From: Massalongia carnosa
Lineage: Eukaryota
Assembly: GCA_965645245.1 (NCBI GenBank)
Contig: OZ287076.1
Coordinates: 1,798,001-1,862,000 of the forward strand
Length of the DNA stretch: 64,000 bases
Direction of reading: 5' to 3'
Both the position numbers and the translations under genes were made by a program. Of this stretch, positions 1-13,395 are shown one piece after another. Position 1 is the stretch's first letter, and every line of letters begins with the position of its first letter. Below the pieces are notes generated by a model. The model saw only the letters and a program-made list of their open reading frames with translations. It did no database searches and had not been told where the DNA came from.

Positions 1-738
1 TCCTTACATATCATGTAATGACTTTGTGTTCTATGTTATTCTCACTATTTATTAATGCGAGTTTATCCATAGCTACCTAAACCGCAGATCTCGTTTTGCA
101 GAACGGAAGAATGAGAGTTGTATGTAGGTATCGGGACCAAAAAAGTTGCGACATCAAATCATCATTGAGAGCTTTAAAAGCGTTTCTATTGCCACCTTTT
201 TTTATATAGTACAACACTGAAGAGTATTCCAGATCAGTTATTTGAAACACAATCACAGTCCGATAGATGATTTTTCATCATTGAAGTGATTCCTGAACCC
301 GAAATTACGAGTTTGGTGTCGCAGCACTTGTTTGGTCCCTTCGTACTAGGTACCTCCCGTGCCTACCTACATAGTATGCCTAGGTATGTAACTTTTGACA
401 TCCAATCAAGGTTTGGGGTCTCGGGGTATCTCTAATCCTTGCACCGGCGGCGGGATCTGCCGTAAGTTGGAGCCACTGTCACATGTGGGGAATATCTGAT
501 CTGCTGAACACGAATGTGTGGATTGATCTGTAGTTTTGACAATCCGGTTAATTTGACTTCGGGTAAGTTTCATGAATCAACCATCTGCAACCACCGTGAT
601 CAGGAACTGTATCGAATTGCATTAGCCAGCCTCGTTCAAGCGTTGTAGAGCTGCGAGTAGAAGAAGGTGAAGCCTCATGCGCATTGATTTACAAGGATGG
701 CCGTCGCTAACATTTCATGGTGTCACTAGGTATGAAGT

Positions 739-3700
739 ATGACGGCCGTAGTATCTTCGCAGCTTGGAGCTCATCAGCAGCCGTCAAATCGCGAGAATAT
801 TGCCGATTATGTAAACGCTCAGCTGCGACAATCGTCATCACAGCCTCCAAGGTGGGCTGGCAATAACACCTCACTACATCAAGGCTTTTCAAGTCAACAA
901 AATGGCCGTGGAAGACCTGCCAATGACCGAACGGTTACACGAACTAGCTCGAGGAGTTTGGCTCAATCAAGCTCAGAAGTTGGAGGGGTTGATCGGCAGG
1001 CACAAAAACCGACAGAGACCACTGAGAGCCAAACTCCACTCATCTCAAGGCCAGTAGGACAGACCGCGAGAGCAAACACCGATATTGGTCCGCGGAGACC
1101 ATCCCCACTCCCAAAGCATGAAGTAGCAGAAGAGAATTGGGAGCTACGGCATGGCTGGGAAGATCAGTATAACTCAAGCGAGTATCTTGGACTGTTAAGC
1201 TCGGTGAGAACACGAAACAAATATCAAGGACACTGTGCTCAAATAATTGATAAGCTAATCATATGTTTGACAGGCTTTTTACATGTACTATACCGACAAG
1301 CGCCACGAGACTGGGGGCAAACCCAAAGAGGAAGATCACAATCATCCACCTCAAGAATGGCGGATGAGGGATCGTTTAAAGACTGTATCTGCCGCGCTTG
1401 CGATTTGTCTCAATATTGGCGTGGATCCTCCGGACGTAGTGAAGACAAATCCAACTGCAAAGCTTGAATGTTGGATAGATCCCACCCTTTCAACAGCAGC
1501 AAGCTCGAAAACCATGGAGCACATTGGCAAAAAATTACAGGAGCAGTATGAGACCCTAAGCATTCGTGTGAGATACAAGGTATTTCTAGATCCTTCGGTA
1601 GATGAGACGCGAAAATTCTGTACTTCGTTGCGGAGAAACGCAAAAGACGAGAGGATTCTATTTCATTACAACGGGCACGGCGTTCCTTTGCCGACCCAAT
1701 CTGGGGAAATATGGGTATTCAATAAGACCTATACGCAATATATACCTGTGTCATTGTATGACCTTCAGGCATGGTTGGGAGCGCCAAGTCTTTACGTCTT
1801 TGATTGCTCGCACGCTGGCAATATTATACAGAACTTTGATCGATTTGTTGAAAAGCATGAGACCGAAAATGCAGACTTAAGACAGCAAGATCCGAACGTT
1901 CAGCTCCAGACTTATAGCGACAATATACAGTTAGCTGCTTGTGGAAAATCCGAGTCCCTTCCCACAAGCCCCGATCTACCTGCAGACCTGTTCACTTGCT
2001 GTCTTACCACACCAATTGAAATATCTCTAAGGTTTTTTGTGCTCGAGAATCAACTTCCGTCCGATCTAACCCTGAATGACATTGGTCGCGTGCCAGGGAG
2101 ATTGCAAGAACGAAGAAGCCCTCTTGGAGAACTCAACTGGATATTCACTGCAATTACTGACACAATCGCTTGGAACATGCTGCCGCGATCTCTCTTCAAA
2201 AAACTCTTTCGGCAGGATCTTATGGTTGCTGCCCTCTTCCGAAACTTCCTTCTAAGCGAGAGGGTTATGAGAGCTTATGGCTGCCGGCCCATGTCCATGC
2301 CGCAGCTCCCAGAGACACACGATCATCCCTTATGGCAAGCCTGGGATTTAGCCGTCGAAATGGTGTTGTCTCAACTTCCAGCAATGCTTGCCAGCGAGGA
2401 TGGTGGTCCGCCATATGAGTACCAGCACTCGAACTTTTTCACAGAACAATTAACCGCTTTTGACGTTTATCTTGCTCAGGGAGCGCCCTCACAGAAGGCC
2501 CCAAGCCAGCTACCAATTGTTCTTCAAGTTTTACTGAGTCAGGTTCATCGACTTCGCGCGCTAATCCTTTTGAGTAAATTTCTTGACCTTGGTCCATGGG
2601 CTGTCAACCTTGCTCTTACTATTGGTATCTTCCCTTATGTGTTGAAACTACTACAATCTGCCGCTTATGAACTAAAGCCGGTCATGATATTTATCTGGGC
2701 GCGTATACTTGCTGTCGATGGGGCTTGCCAGGCAGATTTGCTCAAAGATAACGGATATCAGTATTTCCTCACGATGCTAAACCCACAGTCCACATTTCCT
2801 GTTGGAAACGCCAGTGAACATCGAGCTATGTCTGCGTTCATCGTTGCGATGTTTTGTAAAGATTTCCGCCAAGGTCAGGTCGTCTGTTTATCGCCTGAAT
2901 TGATTGATATCTGTATTGGCCATCTTCATGATGCCGAAAATCCCCTACTCCGTCAGTGGTCATGTCTCTGCATTAGTATGCTTTGGGCCGATTTTGCGGA
3001 GGCTAAATGGGTTGGTATACGATGCTTGGCACACCAAAAACTCTGCGAATTAGCCCTTGACCCTGTTCCAGAAGTTCGAGCAGCAGCGCTCCACGCGCTG
3101 ACAAATTTCCTGGGTATTCCGCATCTTACCGAGCAGGTGGCGCAGACCGAAGAGTCTATAGCTTCAACGATATTGATCATGACCGCGGATGGGAACAGCA
3201 TGGTGCGCAAGGAGCTCCTGATCTTTTTCTCCAGGTTTGTCAAGAGGTATATAAATAAATTTTTGGTGGCCGCGTACGAGCAACTACTTGAGGAGCGCGA
3301 TTTGCTCCTGCATCCGAGTTCTGAAGCAGACTCTGGGAGGCCGTATGTACCACAACCTCCTCGAAATACTTCTGAAACCGGCTTGGTTCAGCGCGTGTCA
3401 CAGAACAGCGTCCAAGGTTCCATTTGGATGCATCTCTTAGTCATGACCATCGATGCGCACCCGGGCGTTGCTCGGGACGCAAGCATCATTGTGGACGACG
3501 TACACGAAGCTTTGTTAGAATCGCCACTTGGAAGTCGTGCCCAATCCATTATCGATGACATTATTCGGCTGTCTCGGCGACCCGCAGCAATGTCACGACA
3601 GCCCTCTACAGCTCCTGCGCCGCGGCTAGCTCAAGCCACGCCGTCCTCGACCCCCCAAGTTCCACTGAAACAGGAAGGCTATCTCTCAATTGGGATACGA

Positions 3701-5341
3701 CGAACTGCAAGCGTGGCCGCCGCTTTGAAACATCTTGCTCTGGGAAACACTGCATCAACGGATAATTTGCCTAATTCTGTGCAGAAGACAGTCACCAATA
3801 CATCTACAGTACAGCCAGTATCGTCTGGTCCACTTCGAAGCCGTGTGCCTGCTGAATGGAGCAGTCCGCCCGACGAACATGATCATGCACCGACATCAAC
3901 AGCGTATCAACACGCTAAGGTTCCGACCCCCAGAGGTTTCAAGGGAAGAGATGTCTTGCAAGCCCCAAAATTACCGCTGAAGAGTGGATTTTTTGACTGG
4001 TCTATCGAAGTAGGTCTTGCGTTGTAATTCGTAATGATCACGCTTGTCTTACATATGCACAGTACTTTCGTGAACCGCAAATGAAGCCAAACGAACCGGA
4101 TGAACCAGGTAGTGATGACTACAATTCACGGCTGTGGCGGAGAGTTCGCAACGAAAAGACATTAACAATGACTCAACCGTTGAAGGGAATCGCTGGTACT
4201 AGTCAGTGGAATATACCCAAAGGCTTCTTTAACAACGGTAGTCAGCCGATGAAGATGTGCTTTCATCAATTTGAGGAGCATCTTGCGGTTGCTGATGATC
4301 GGGATAGCATATGGTACCTTCTCCTTCCCAGACCTTGGACGCGATTCTGATTCATTTTAGCATCTGGAACTGGCAGCAAAGCGCTCGTCTCAACCGCTTT
4401 TCTAATGGCAATCCGCCAGGGTCAAAAATCAACGAGGCACGATTCATCAATGAAGATGATCAGGCTTTGTTGATGACTGGCTCATCGGATGGTGTAATCA
4501 AGATATTCCGCAATTACGAGTCAGAAAAGCAGATCGAGATGGTATCAGCATTTCGGGCCCTTACGGACCTAGTTCCAAGCACTAAAAATGCTGGTCTTGT
4601 CTTCGATTGGCAACAAGGACAAGGGAAGCTTCTTGTGGCTGGAGATGTTAAAGTAATACGAGTTTGGAACGCCGCCACAGAGATCTGCACCACTGTAAGG
4701 CTAGTCGCCTCCTTAAAAAAAAAGCTAATATACGCAGGATATACCTGCACGTTCAGGCTCTTGTATTACGTCTCTCACCTCAGATCAGGTTGCGGGCAAT
4801 GTCTTCATTGGTGGCTATGGAGATGGTGCGATTCGTGTGTTTGATCAGCGTCTGAAACCGGCCTCGGCCATGGTCAAAGTATGGCGAGAACACAAGCAGT
4901 GGATCACGAATATCCACATGCAGCGAGGAGGATTAAGAGAGCTTGTCAGCGGGAGCCGCAACGGCGAGATCAAGTTGTGGGACATTCGCAAAGATGCACC
5001 GATAAATACCATCACCGCAACGAAACAAACCCTACGGACTCTAAGTGTGCACGAGCACGCTCCTGTTTTTGCTACGTAAGTTTTGAAACCCCTTGATGAC
5101 ATTCCAAATAATTTCACGCACTCACAGCAGACGTAGAGGCACGGAACGTCATAATGTCAATGTTTTCAACGTCAACGGTACGTATCTTAATAGCATCGAA
5201 CCATATTCCAGCTTTCTTCAGCAAAATCGGTCCAGCCCCATTGCGGCAACCGCCTTTCATCCTCATCGAATGATGCTTGCTTGCTCATCCCTAAGCAATA
5301 GTCATATTAATATCTTCACCTGCCAACAAATGAGTTCTTAG
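739..5341 (+). CDS. KOG1: Raptor/KOG1, TORC1 subunit (RNC domain, HEAT/ARM repeats, C-terminal WD40)
   Basis: RNC motifs WRMRDRLKTVSAAL..CLNIGVDPPD, RILFHYNGHGVP, SQVHRLRALILL; WD40 tail ending AFHPHRMMLA. Introns ~1204-1273, 4010-4062, 4314-4360, 4695-4737, 5076-5136 join ORFs 739, 1283, 4081, 4311, 4837 and 5093. True start could lie upstream (intron-like ~666-729). Confidence 0.96.
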
Positions 5342-5865
5342 CTTCATCGTTCACATTACTATCAGCATTTGCATCGAATGCTTGAATGCACTTTCGGAAG
5401 GTGGTTTTTTCCTCTAGGCTTCGGCGTCCACAACATGCCATGATTGCCTAGGAACGGAAATGGAAACCACAGTGGTAATAGGGATGGACTGGGTGGCTTC
5501 TTGCGGTGGAGTTGGACGGTCGTTCGAATTACGATTAGAGCGATGGGTAATGATCATGTGAGGGCTTGCATGCATAGGTAGTTTGCTATCTTCACATTAT
5601 GGTATGGATTGGTACATCGTTGAAGACTGTCCGAATCATGGTTAAAGTGAATGTATACGTCTGTCTGTCATGCATATTTGTAAAGTTCTATTGTCGTGGG
5701 GAGGCTCGTTAACAAATACAACGTAGATCTAATACAGACCACGCCATGAAAATCTCTTTATTTTTCTCGAAACATGATGGCATTTTACATGACTCAAGAT
5801 GTATATCCTCAATGTAAGGATTGTACGGGCTATGGTCCTATTGGATCAATCTAGTTTTACTTCCA

Positions 5866-7343
5866 ATGGCACAAAAGCGCAAAAACGCACCGTCCCCTTC
5901 AGATGAACACTTGTATTTGAAACGTTCTCGTCCTTCCATCGTTGGCGGCGATGACAGGCCCTGCTCACCATCAGTCCCCCAACCTCGTGTAGACCCAACC
6001 TACGGCCAACGAGGCGCCTTCCCTGGTCTCGAGGAGTATACCAACGATAGCACCCTTTTCTACGGACCCGCCAGCGACGGCTTGGAGTATCTTCGCATGG
6101 TCAGGTGAGTTCTCCTCGTTAGCAGCTCTTTTGTTCCTAAAGAAGCAACATGGGCTGAGAATTGCAATATTTGTTTCAGAGATCGATACATCTGGGCTCC
6201 TGTTTGCTGATTCGAGTTTTGGTTGTATATAGAGCGGAAGCAAAGGAAGTGCCAAATCTTCTCGTCGCACCTACATCGTCTAGGGTGACTACGGATCCCT
6301 GTGCCGATTATTCTCAGGGCTTTTATGCGGATGGAGCATATACCGCTGTCCCAGACTTTACGTCTAGGAGTGCCCCTAGGGTGGATACCGAGCAAGATAT
6401 AGATCCCCAGGATGCCTATTACACCTCCCTTTGCGATCGCTTTACGAGCTTGAGCATCATATTTCGCTCCCAACCCCCCGATGCTACGGTCTACTCAAAA
6501 TCGCCCTTCAACCCGTCCTCGTCCGCGCGATGGCGCCGATATCTCCTCAACACGCAACCCACCATGCTCCTCCTAGCCCAGTTGCGGCAAGAGGATGTCA
6601 TCCTAGGATTAGTCGTGCTAGAAACGCTAATCACGGCGCAAAAACTACAGAAACACAAGAGCCTCGGTGCGTGGGCTTGGGGCTTGCTGGCAAGATGCAG
6701 GGCAGTGGGCGAGATGGGCAGCGAGGAGGTAGGCGTGCTCCGAGATCTTGGGAAGAAGGCGAGGGGGGCACTGAGGGGGATTAGAGCGGGGTTGGAAGAG
6801 AATGCGAGGAGCAGTGAAGGGTTTTGGGAAGAGGATGATCGTGAGGATGGCAAGTCGGCGGCGCAGGAGAATCTTGTTTCTAATGGACTTGATGGTTCAT
6901 ATGGTGAAACCGATTCGCCGCCGCCGTCGTCTCGCCCGGAAGATTCCACGCCACTGGAGCCCGACGAAGTCAACCATTCCACCGGCTCTGCCCCACCCTC
7001 AGCACCAGGCCCCCAGGTTTTAGACCCACTCGCCGCCGCCCGCCGACAACTTCTAGGCTCCCTTGAATCACCATTCTCCCCCACTAGCACAACGATCTCT
7101 GGAGTCTTCCTCAACGACAATGCAAATCCCCAATTCCCAGCAGTTCATCTAGAATCGTCTCCTGCGAAGCGAGGGAATGGGGCGCAGCAGGAACAGCAGG
7201 GCCACGAAGTGGACGACGACGACGAGGAGAAAAAACTCCAGGTGTGTTGCGCGACGCTGGATATGATCATTACGGTGGTGGGGGAGTTTTATGGGCAACG
7301 GGATCTTTTGGACGGGAGGCTTTTGTGGGATGAACTGCAATGA
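5866..7343 (+). CDS. Gemin2/Brr1 (SIP1)-like snRNP assembly factor
   Basis: Spliced across intron 6105-6232 to give DGLEYLRMVRAEAKEVPNLLVA. Also LGAWAWGLLARC and C-terminal LDMIITVVGEFYGQRDL, matching the three conserved Gemin2 blocks. Confidence 0.8.
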
Positions 7344-8231
7344 AATATCTAGGTGAAGCACTTTGGCGGTTGAGATGGGTATTGGAGGCTGGCGGAAGGC
7401 CGGAGGGGACCGGGGTCTTGTATGACCCCGAAAAGATTGTACATAGTAGGGGAGATCGTCGCCGTACGTTGCTCTGGCGGGGAGCGGGAGAAACCGGGCG
7501 AAGGGCGATGGGAGATGAATTGTCGCGAGATAAATCATCCGCTCAACCACTGCTCCTCATTGTCCCCTTTCTTCACATTTCCATTCCTCTATATCTCCCT
7601 CCACCACGGAAAAACCCAAATCCCGGTCTTTCTAGCCCTTGAAATGCCCTTCTCCCTTTCAACCCCAAAATCCCTTTGTCTCGACGACTCGTAACCTCAA
7701 TCCAGCCCACGGGAGGGAGGGAGTCATTCTCGATCACTATCTTTCTTGCATGTATGGATTGTGGAAAACCGAGAGTTGAACGCATGCATGGGATAGAGAA
7801 AGAAATAGGAAGTATGTAGTAATTAGGGTGGAGTAATCGGCCGTTTCTCTGGGGGTTTCTCTTCTGTGAGGATTGGGCATGACTATCGGATAGTTAGGTT
7901 GATGTATTCTAGACGACATTATCATACTTTCTAACTCTTTCATTCTTCAGACTTTCATTTTAACAAGAATTTAAAGACTCCTGCTATAGTGGACTTCGTA
8001 GCCAACGACTCATTCCTAGAAAGTGAACTCTTTCTCTTTCTTTCTGATGAATTTTTCTACATTTTTCAACCTTCTTTCCAACTACACTGTTGCCTCCTCA
8101 AGAAAGCAACTCTGTTGCATGTCAAGTCTTCACTTCCACTTCATCTTCGTTTTGCCAAAGAGCACGAGCATTTTTATCTCAGCGCCCAGTTTTCATCCCA
8201 GGCGAATGCACTTACCCAGAGCTAAGAAGCA

Positions 8232-10190
8232 ATGGCGGATCCTACTCTATGGTCCAAGCTACCGGAGCATATGCTTTGCTGCATCATTGAGCAAACCGTT
8301 GACCACGAGTCCCAGAGGAACTGGTGCAAGGCAATAGAGGGGAATAGGCAGCTGCACCGACTAGCGATGAGAGTACTTTGAGAGAGTTTCATCATCAGCA
8401 AGAATAATCTTGTGCGGGTTACTGAGTCTACACACGAACAAGAAAAGCCGAGTGAGGCTTCATCGGCGTCCAAACTCGCCACTGTTGCTCAAGCTATTCT
8501 GCCATTACTGAGGGCAGGTGTGCATGGGCCATCTTTTGTGCCTGCCAGATTCATCAAACATCTTGTTCTGAATCTTCAATCATACTTTAAGAGTATCTAT
8601 TGCAAACCCAAAACTGTTGAACAGATTGTTCACACTTTATCCACCTTGTTTCATGCTCCGCTAATCCAACATATCGAGCATTATGGGTATATATGGACCA
8701 AGCTATCCTTGATAGGATCGTCCGAAAACTCGACATCACCGAGCTCTTGATTCGCAAAAGCCGTCCTTATAGCCGACAAATGCTTCCATTCAAGGACGTC
8801 CCTCTGATAACGTTGAATCTGAAACATCTACGTCATTTGCAATTGCTCACGCTTCTAGACATCACTAAACTCGTGCCGGCCGAAGCACCCGGATTGGCCA
8901 AAGCAGTACTTCATTTGGAACCCCTTCGGAGTTTACGAGTCGTTGCTGCTTCAGGTCGGCGCGCGGCTGCAGAGGTCTCTGAATTGCAATATAGCCACTC
9001 GCCTTTGGCGATCCTATTAAGTAAACCATCTACATGATGGAAATTCTTCAAGAAATGAAAATGCCAACAATGAAGCTTGTACCACAGCCGGAGACGATTT
9101 CCTCCCATGCTTCGTAGCCTAGCCCTTATAGATAACAACCGTAGGTGAGTGACATCGTTATCCCTGGATGTTAGCTGCGTTAATGTGCGCATAGGAGTGC
9201 TCCAAACGAATATGTAGGGCTGGACTTTTCCAACTCAACGCCGCTCATGGATCTCAAAGAACTTCATATCGACCTCCAACTTGGCTCGCTAGTAGCTGAC
9301 TTGTTGAGGGCAGTTGATCCCTCAAAGCTCACCCGTCTGGCTTTCTCCCTTACTCCACCCGGGTTAGACTCTCCCACTTCCGCCAGGCCAGGCGATTCCC
9401 TAAGCTGACTGCAAGGCAAGCTACGGCAGCTAACCCTCTTTGATGTATGGAACAGTCCCGAAGCCATTCCACGGTGGCGGAACAGTCTATGGCAATCCTT
9501 GTGGGCTCCCCTGCAGTTATATCTTACGGAAACCCCCACCCTCAGAGGCGCAGGATTACATTCAAGAAATCCAGGCCAAGTCGCTCAGCGTGCGGATCTT
9601 CGACTTCAAGGGAAAGCCTTTCTAGCTCGGCTCCAAGCTCCGCCACATCCGCGTTGACCGTGTCGACGCAAGCGCACTCTGCGTAGACCGAATCGATTTA
9701 CCGACACAAGGTTTGCAGCAGTTGAAAATCCTAGTGCTCCGTCCCGGCCGGAGCACAAAATGCCCGGTCCATGGCGCTGGAATCTCATCCCGGACCCCTA
9801 CCCCACCAACTCCTCTCTCCTCGATCTCCCCGACCCAACGGACGAATCGGGCCCGGAGCGCACAGTAGCAACCCTGGTCGCGAAGCAAGATCTTCTGAAC
9901 CTGCGCGTCATTGTGATCGCGAGGCACTAGTTCTGGATCCAGCGGTGGTCCCGCCGGAGCTGCGACCGGGATAGTGACGACGGGAGGAAACCCGGCGGGT
10001 ACCGCCGACTCTAGGATTTCCATCCGGCGCGGGCGAATCGGAAGCAAGCGGCCAAGATGGCCAAGATGCTGGAACGATGTGATTGGGAGTTTCTAAGCAA
10101 TCGGGCGCCGCTGTTGAGCGAGGACGCGCCGCCCGAGGACGTCAGGGCGGGGAACCGGTTGGTGTTCTACGGAGACTAGGGTGCGTTTGC
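8232..10190 (+). pseudogene. Degenerate F-box/LRR-like gene
   Basis: MADPTLWSKLPEHMLCCIIEQ (F-box-like). In-frame TGA at 8379-8381, then the same frame continues as ORF 8412. Frameshift near 8690 into Leu-rich ORF 8693 (LKHLRHLQLLTLLDI, LRSLRV); more stops and frameshifts to ~10.2 kb. 3' end approximate. Confidence 0.6.
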
Positions 10191-10716
10191 GGCTTAAGGT
10201 AGGAGGGATTGGGGGGGGGGGGGTTCTTCGGGGACTGCCTGGAAGGGTTTCGGTGTCGGGGTGAAGCCGGCCTCGTTGAATCAAATCAAATCAGATCAGA
10301 TCGACATCCAGCCAGTGCTACCAAAAGCCTCACCCCCTGTCTCGGGAAGAAGGAGGGCAAAATTCTCGTAAAGAGAACCCCCCCTTCCCCCCCCCCAAAC
10401 CTCCAGCGAGAAAAACAGATACTTGTGTAACTGGGAATGAGAGATTGAAAATTGGGTGGGGGGGCTAAATCACATATCTATCCTATTAATATCGGAAGAT
10501 TGTATATACTCTACTACTTTTTTGTTGATTCAAAAAGCTTATGACAAGCCGGAATTCAATGAATCAGTCAGTCAGAAGAACTGTTTTAGGTGTATGTATG
10601 TATATATATATATACGTCTGTCTGTCTGTCTTCTCCCCTTGCGTCGTGTCGGTAAACCGTCAACAACGCTTGTTCCCTTTTTTTGACCACATCGAGATAA
10701 GGCAGGAATGTTCCCC

Positions 10717-12505
10717 TTATTTCGGGGCGAAAAAATCATCAATCCAGAGACGAATGCCCGCGGCACGGTAATCGTCCGTTTCCACGTGGATGTTCACCGC
10801 GCGGTCGGTGGCATTGAAGACGAAATTCGAGGCCGAGTCGTCGTAATTGGGCCACGAGATAGGCGGGTCGCCTGGAAGGAAAGGGTTTCCGTTAGCAGTT
10901 CACCCTTCGTTTAGTTCAGCCGTCGCTTCAAGGAAAAATGTGCTCACCTTGGACATGATTCGGGTCTCCCGCGTACACAAAGGATATCCAGCGTTTCGTC
11001 ATCTCGCGCGAAACGTGGAGATGCGTGGGTACGTTTTTCACCGGCGGGTAGAAATCAATATCGGTGGTGAACCCCCCCGGCAGCCCAAACTCGTACGCCA
11101 GCTCTGCCCCATGAACCGCAAATCCCGGCCCAAGACCGTTCCAGTACACGATCGGGAGTGCGGTGGGATTGGTATCGAACCTGAAACTATACGCGGGGAG
11201 CCCAAGCCGGGCCCATTGCTCGGCCAAGTAGCGGCGGGGAGCGTGGGCAAAGTAGTCGCCGAAGAGCGCGGTAGCGCGGCGATATTGCGTGCCACAGGCC
11301 AAGTGGGCAGCGTTCATAGCAGCGCACCAGGGGTAATCCGGTGGGAGCGAGTATGGAGGGGCGGCGTGGCTCAGGGGATAAGCGGCTAGAAGGGAGTTGA
11401 TGGCATCAGTTGTTAAGGTGGGGAATGCGCTCTCGAGCAGAAATGTGAGTTCGGCGGTGGTGTTGGGGAAGACGTTTAGGGTGTTGACGATGAAGAGGCC
11501 CTCGTCCGAGTTACTGCCCAGCAAGATGGGCACATGAGCCACGTTTCCGGAGGCGATTTCGTTGGCGGGGGGACGCCGGATGAAATCGCCGTCAATGACC
11601 GCAAACTGGCTGGCGTGACCATCTTCAAAGGGGTAAATTGCAGATAAAGGAGCAGAGCGAAGACAGACAAGGGTGTCGGTGGCGCTGGTGCAATTCGCGT
11701 TCGCTACAATGGCATCGTAGCCAGCCTGAGAAGCATTTGCCTCGACTGCAATTGGGAAGCCGCTGACGATGATGCCAGCCCGAAAAAGACCTTTGCCGCC
11801 TTTACCTCCGTAGGCGACGAGTTGATCGGCGACGCTGACGCCGCCGGCGGACTCGCCCCAAATGGTTACTTTAGACGGATCTCCCCCAAAGGCGGCGACG
11901 TTCTCTTGCACCCATTGAAACGCCGTGCGTTGATCTTTGAGCCCTAAGTTGGCGATTCCCGCGTCGACGGCCTCTTGGCCCCCTGGCAACCCTAAGAACG
12001 ATAATCGGTAGTTGATGCTGATAGCGATGATTGGTTGTCGCTGCTGGACGGATTGGTGGACAATGTACGACAAGTTCCACATTGGATCGGCGCTCGCCCC
12101 TTGCCTAAAGCCTCCGCCATACATCCATAGCAAGACTGGTAAATTTCCGGCCTGCGTCGTTCCTGCAGGTTTAACTACGTTCAGATTCAAGCAATCCTCG
12201 CTTTGGGTCAGGTTCAACAGGGTGTTTGATCCGAACCCATAGCACGTTGGCCCGTACGATGATACATCCAGCGGAGCATGCCAGGATGAACTGATCGGGG
12301 TGGGGTTGTTGAGTCGCGGGGCGTTAGCAAAAGGGATGCCGAGAAAGAGGTCCTGATCGAATTCACCCAGGTAGCGTCCATGAAGCGTCCCGTTGCGCAC
12401 GTGTGCTTTCGGGCACACATTGGGTTCGTCGGTGCTGGCGTAGACGAGCAATGGCCAGATGAGGAGGACATGCCAGTTGAGCATGTTTGCAGCCGCTTTC
12501 TTCAT
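10717..12505 (-). CDS. Secreted type-B carboxylesterase/lipase (alpha/beta hydrolase)
   Basis: Signal peptide, FLGIPFA, SEDCLNLNV, YGGGF, NLGLKDQ, FGGDPSKVTIWGESAG nucleophile elbow, NSDEG, VHGAEL. Intron ~10872-10947 leads to a last exon ending ...WIDDFFAPK*. Confidence 0.93.
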
Positions 12506-13395
12506 ATCGCCAAACTAGATATTGCAGATTGTGACACCGGGCTGAAAGATTGGCGACCACGCGCATTTAAGGCCTTTTCAGGGAAACCGCATCTTCCATA
12601 TCGGCTTCGGGTGGTTATCAAGACTTACGAGGCTCTTACTCGCAGTCATCAATTAGTTCCGATATGCCTGTGCTGTAAGGCGACACGACCTTCGGCGCTA
12701 TTGTGCACCTATGCCTTGCGTTTTCCTCCAAGGGACGGCACAACCGCTGTGACGGGCATTCTGTATGTGTGCTATGAGAAAGTCTCGACTATTTAGGAAA
12801 AGGGTAAGACACGCAAGATAGGAGCCTAACGCAAAGCAAGGCATATACTCTGTGGTTCTTCAGACAGTATTGAAGGAGCAGGATCCGTGAGGAAAATGAT
12901 TCGCGGGGAATTACCGAATACCGAGTGCCGAGTACTGTGAAGCGATAAGAAAGGGGGACAAGGGTTGGAGAATGACTCAGCTGACGCTTGTGAAGTAATC
13001 ATGGATTTAAAACGCAAAACGCAAAATGCAAAATCGAGAAAATACGAATAATCAGAATCCAACGTTCACGTGTTCAGCGTTTATGTTTCCCCGTGTCGTA
13101 TCTTATCTTTCGTTAATACAGTACAAACGATCCCGATCCCGTGATGTCGCGGCGGATGGATTCCGTCCTTCGAGGCTGTTCTAGCGCGGCTGCCGTCTCG
13201 TCAGCGAAAGCATGTCACTGCCCATCTCTCATTGGTTGCAAGTTACGGATGATCCAAAGCTTTTCATTGCCCCTCGGAATCTACCCATATCTAGAGCTCA
13301 TGGTTCAGTATAAAATGAACAAGCCTTATCATGTTCTCTTCAAACACCGGCTTGACTGAATACAGCCTTCTCCCCTCTCCAGCAAAGAAACCGCC

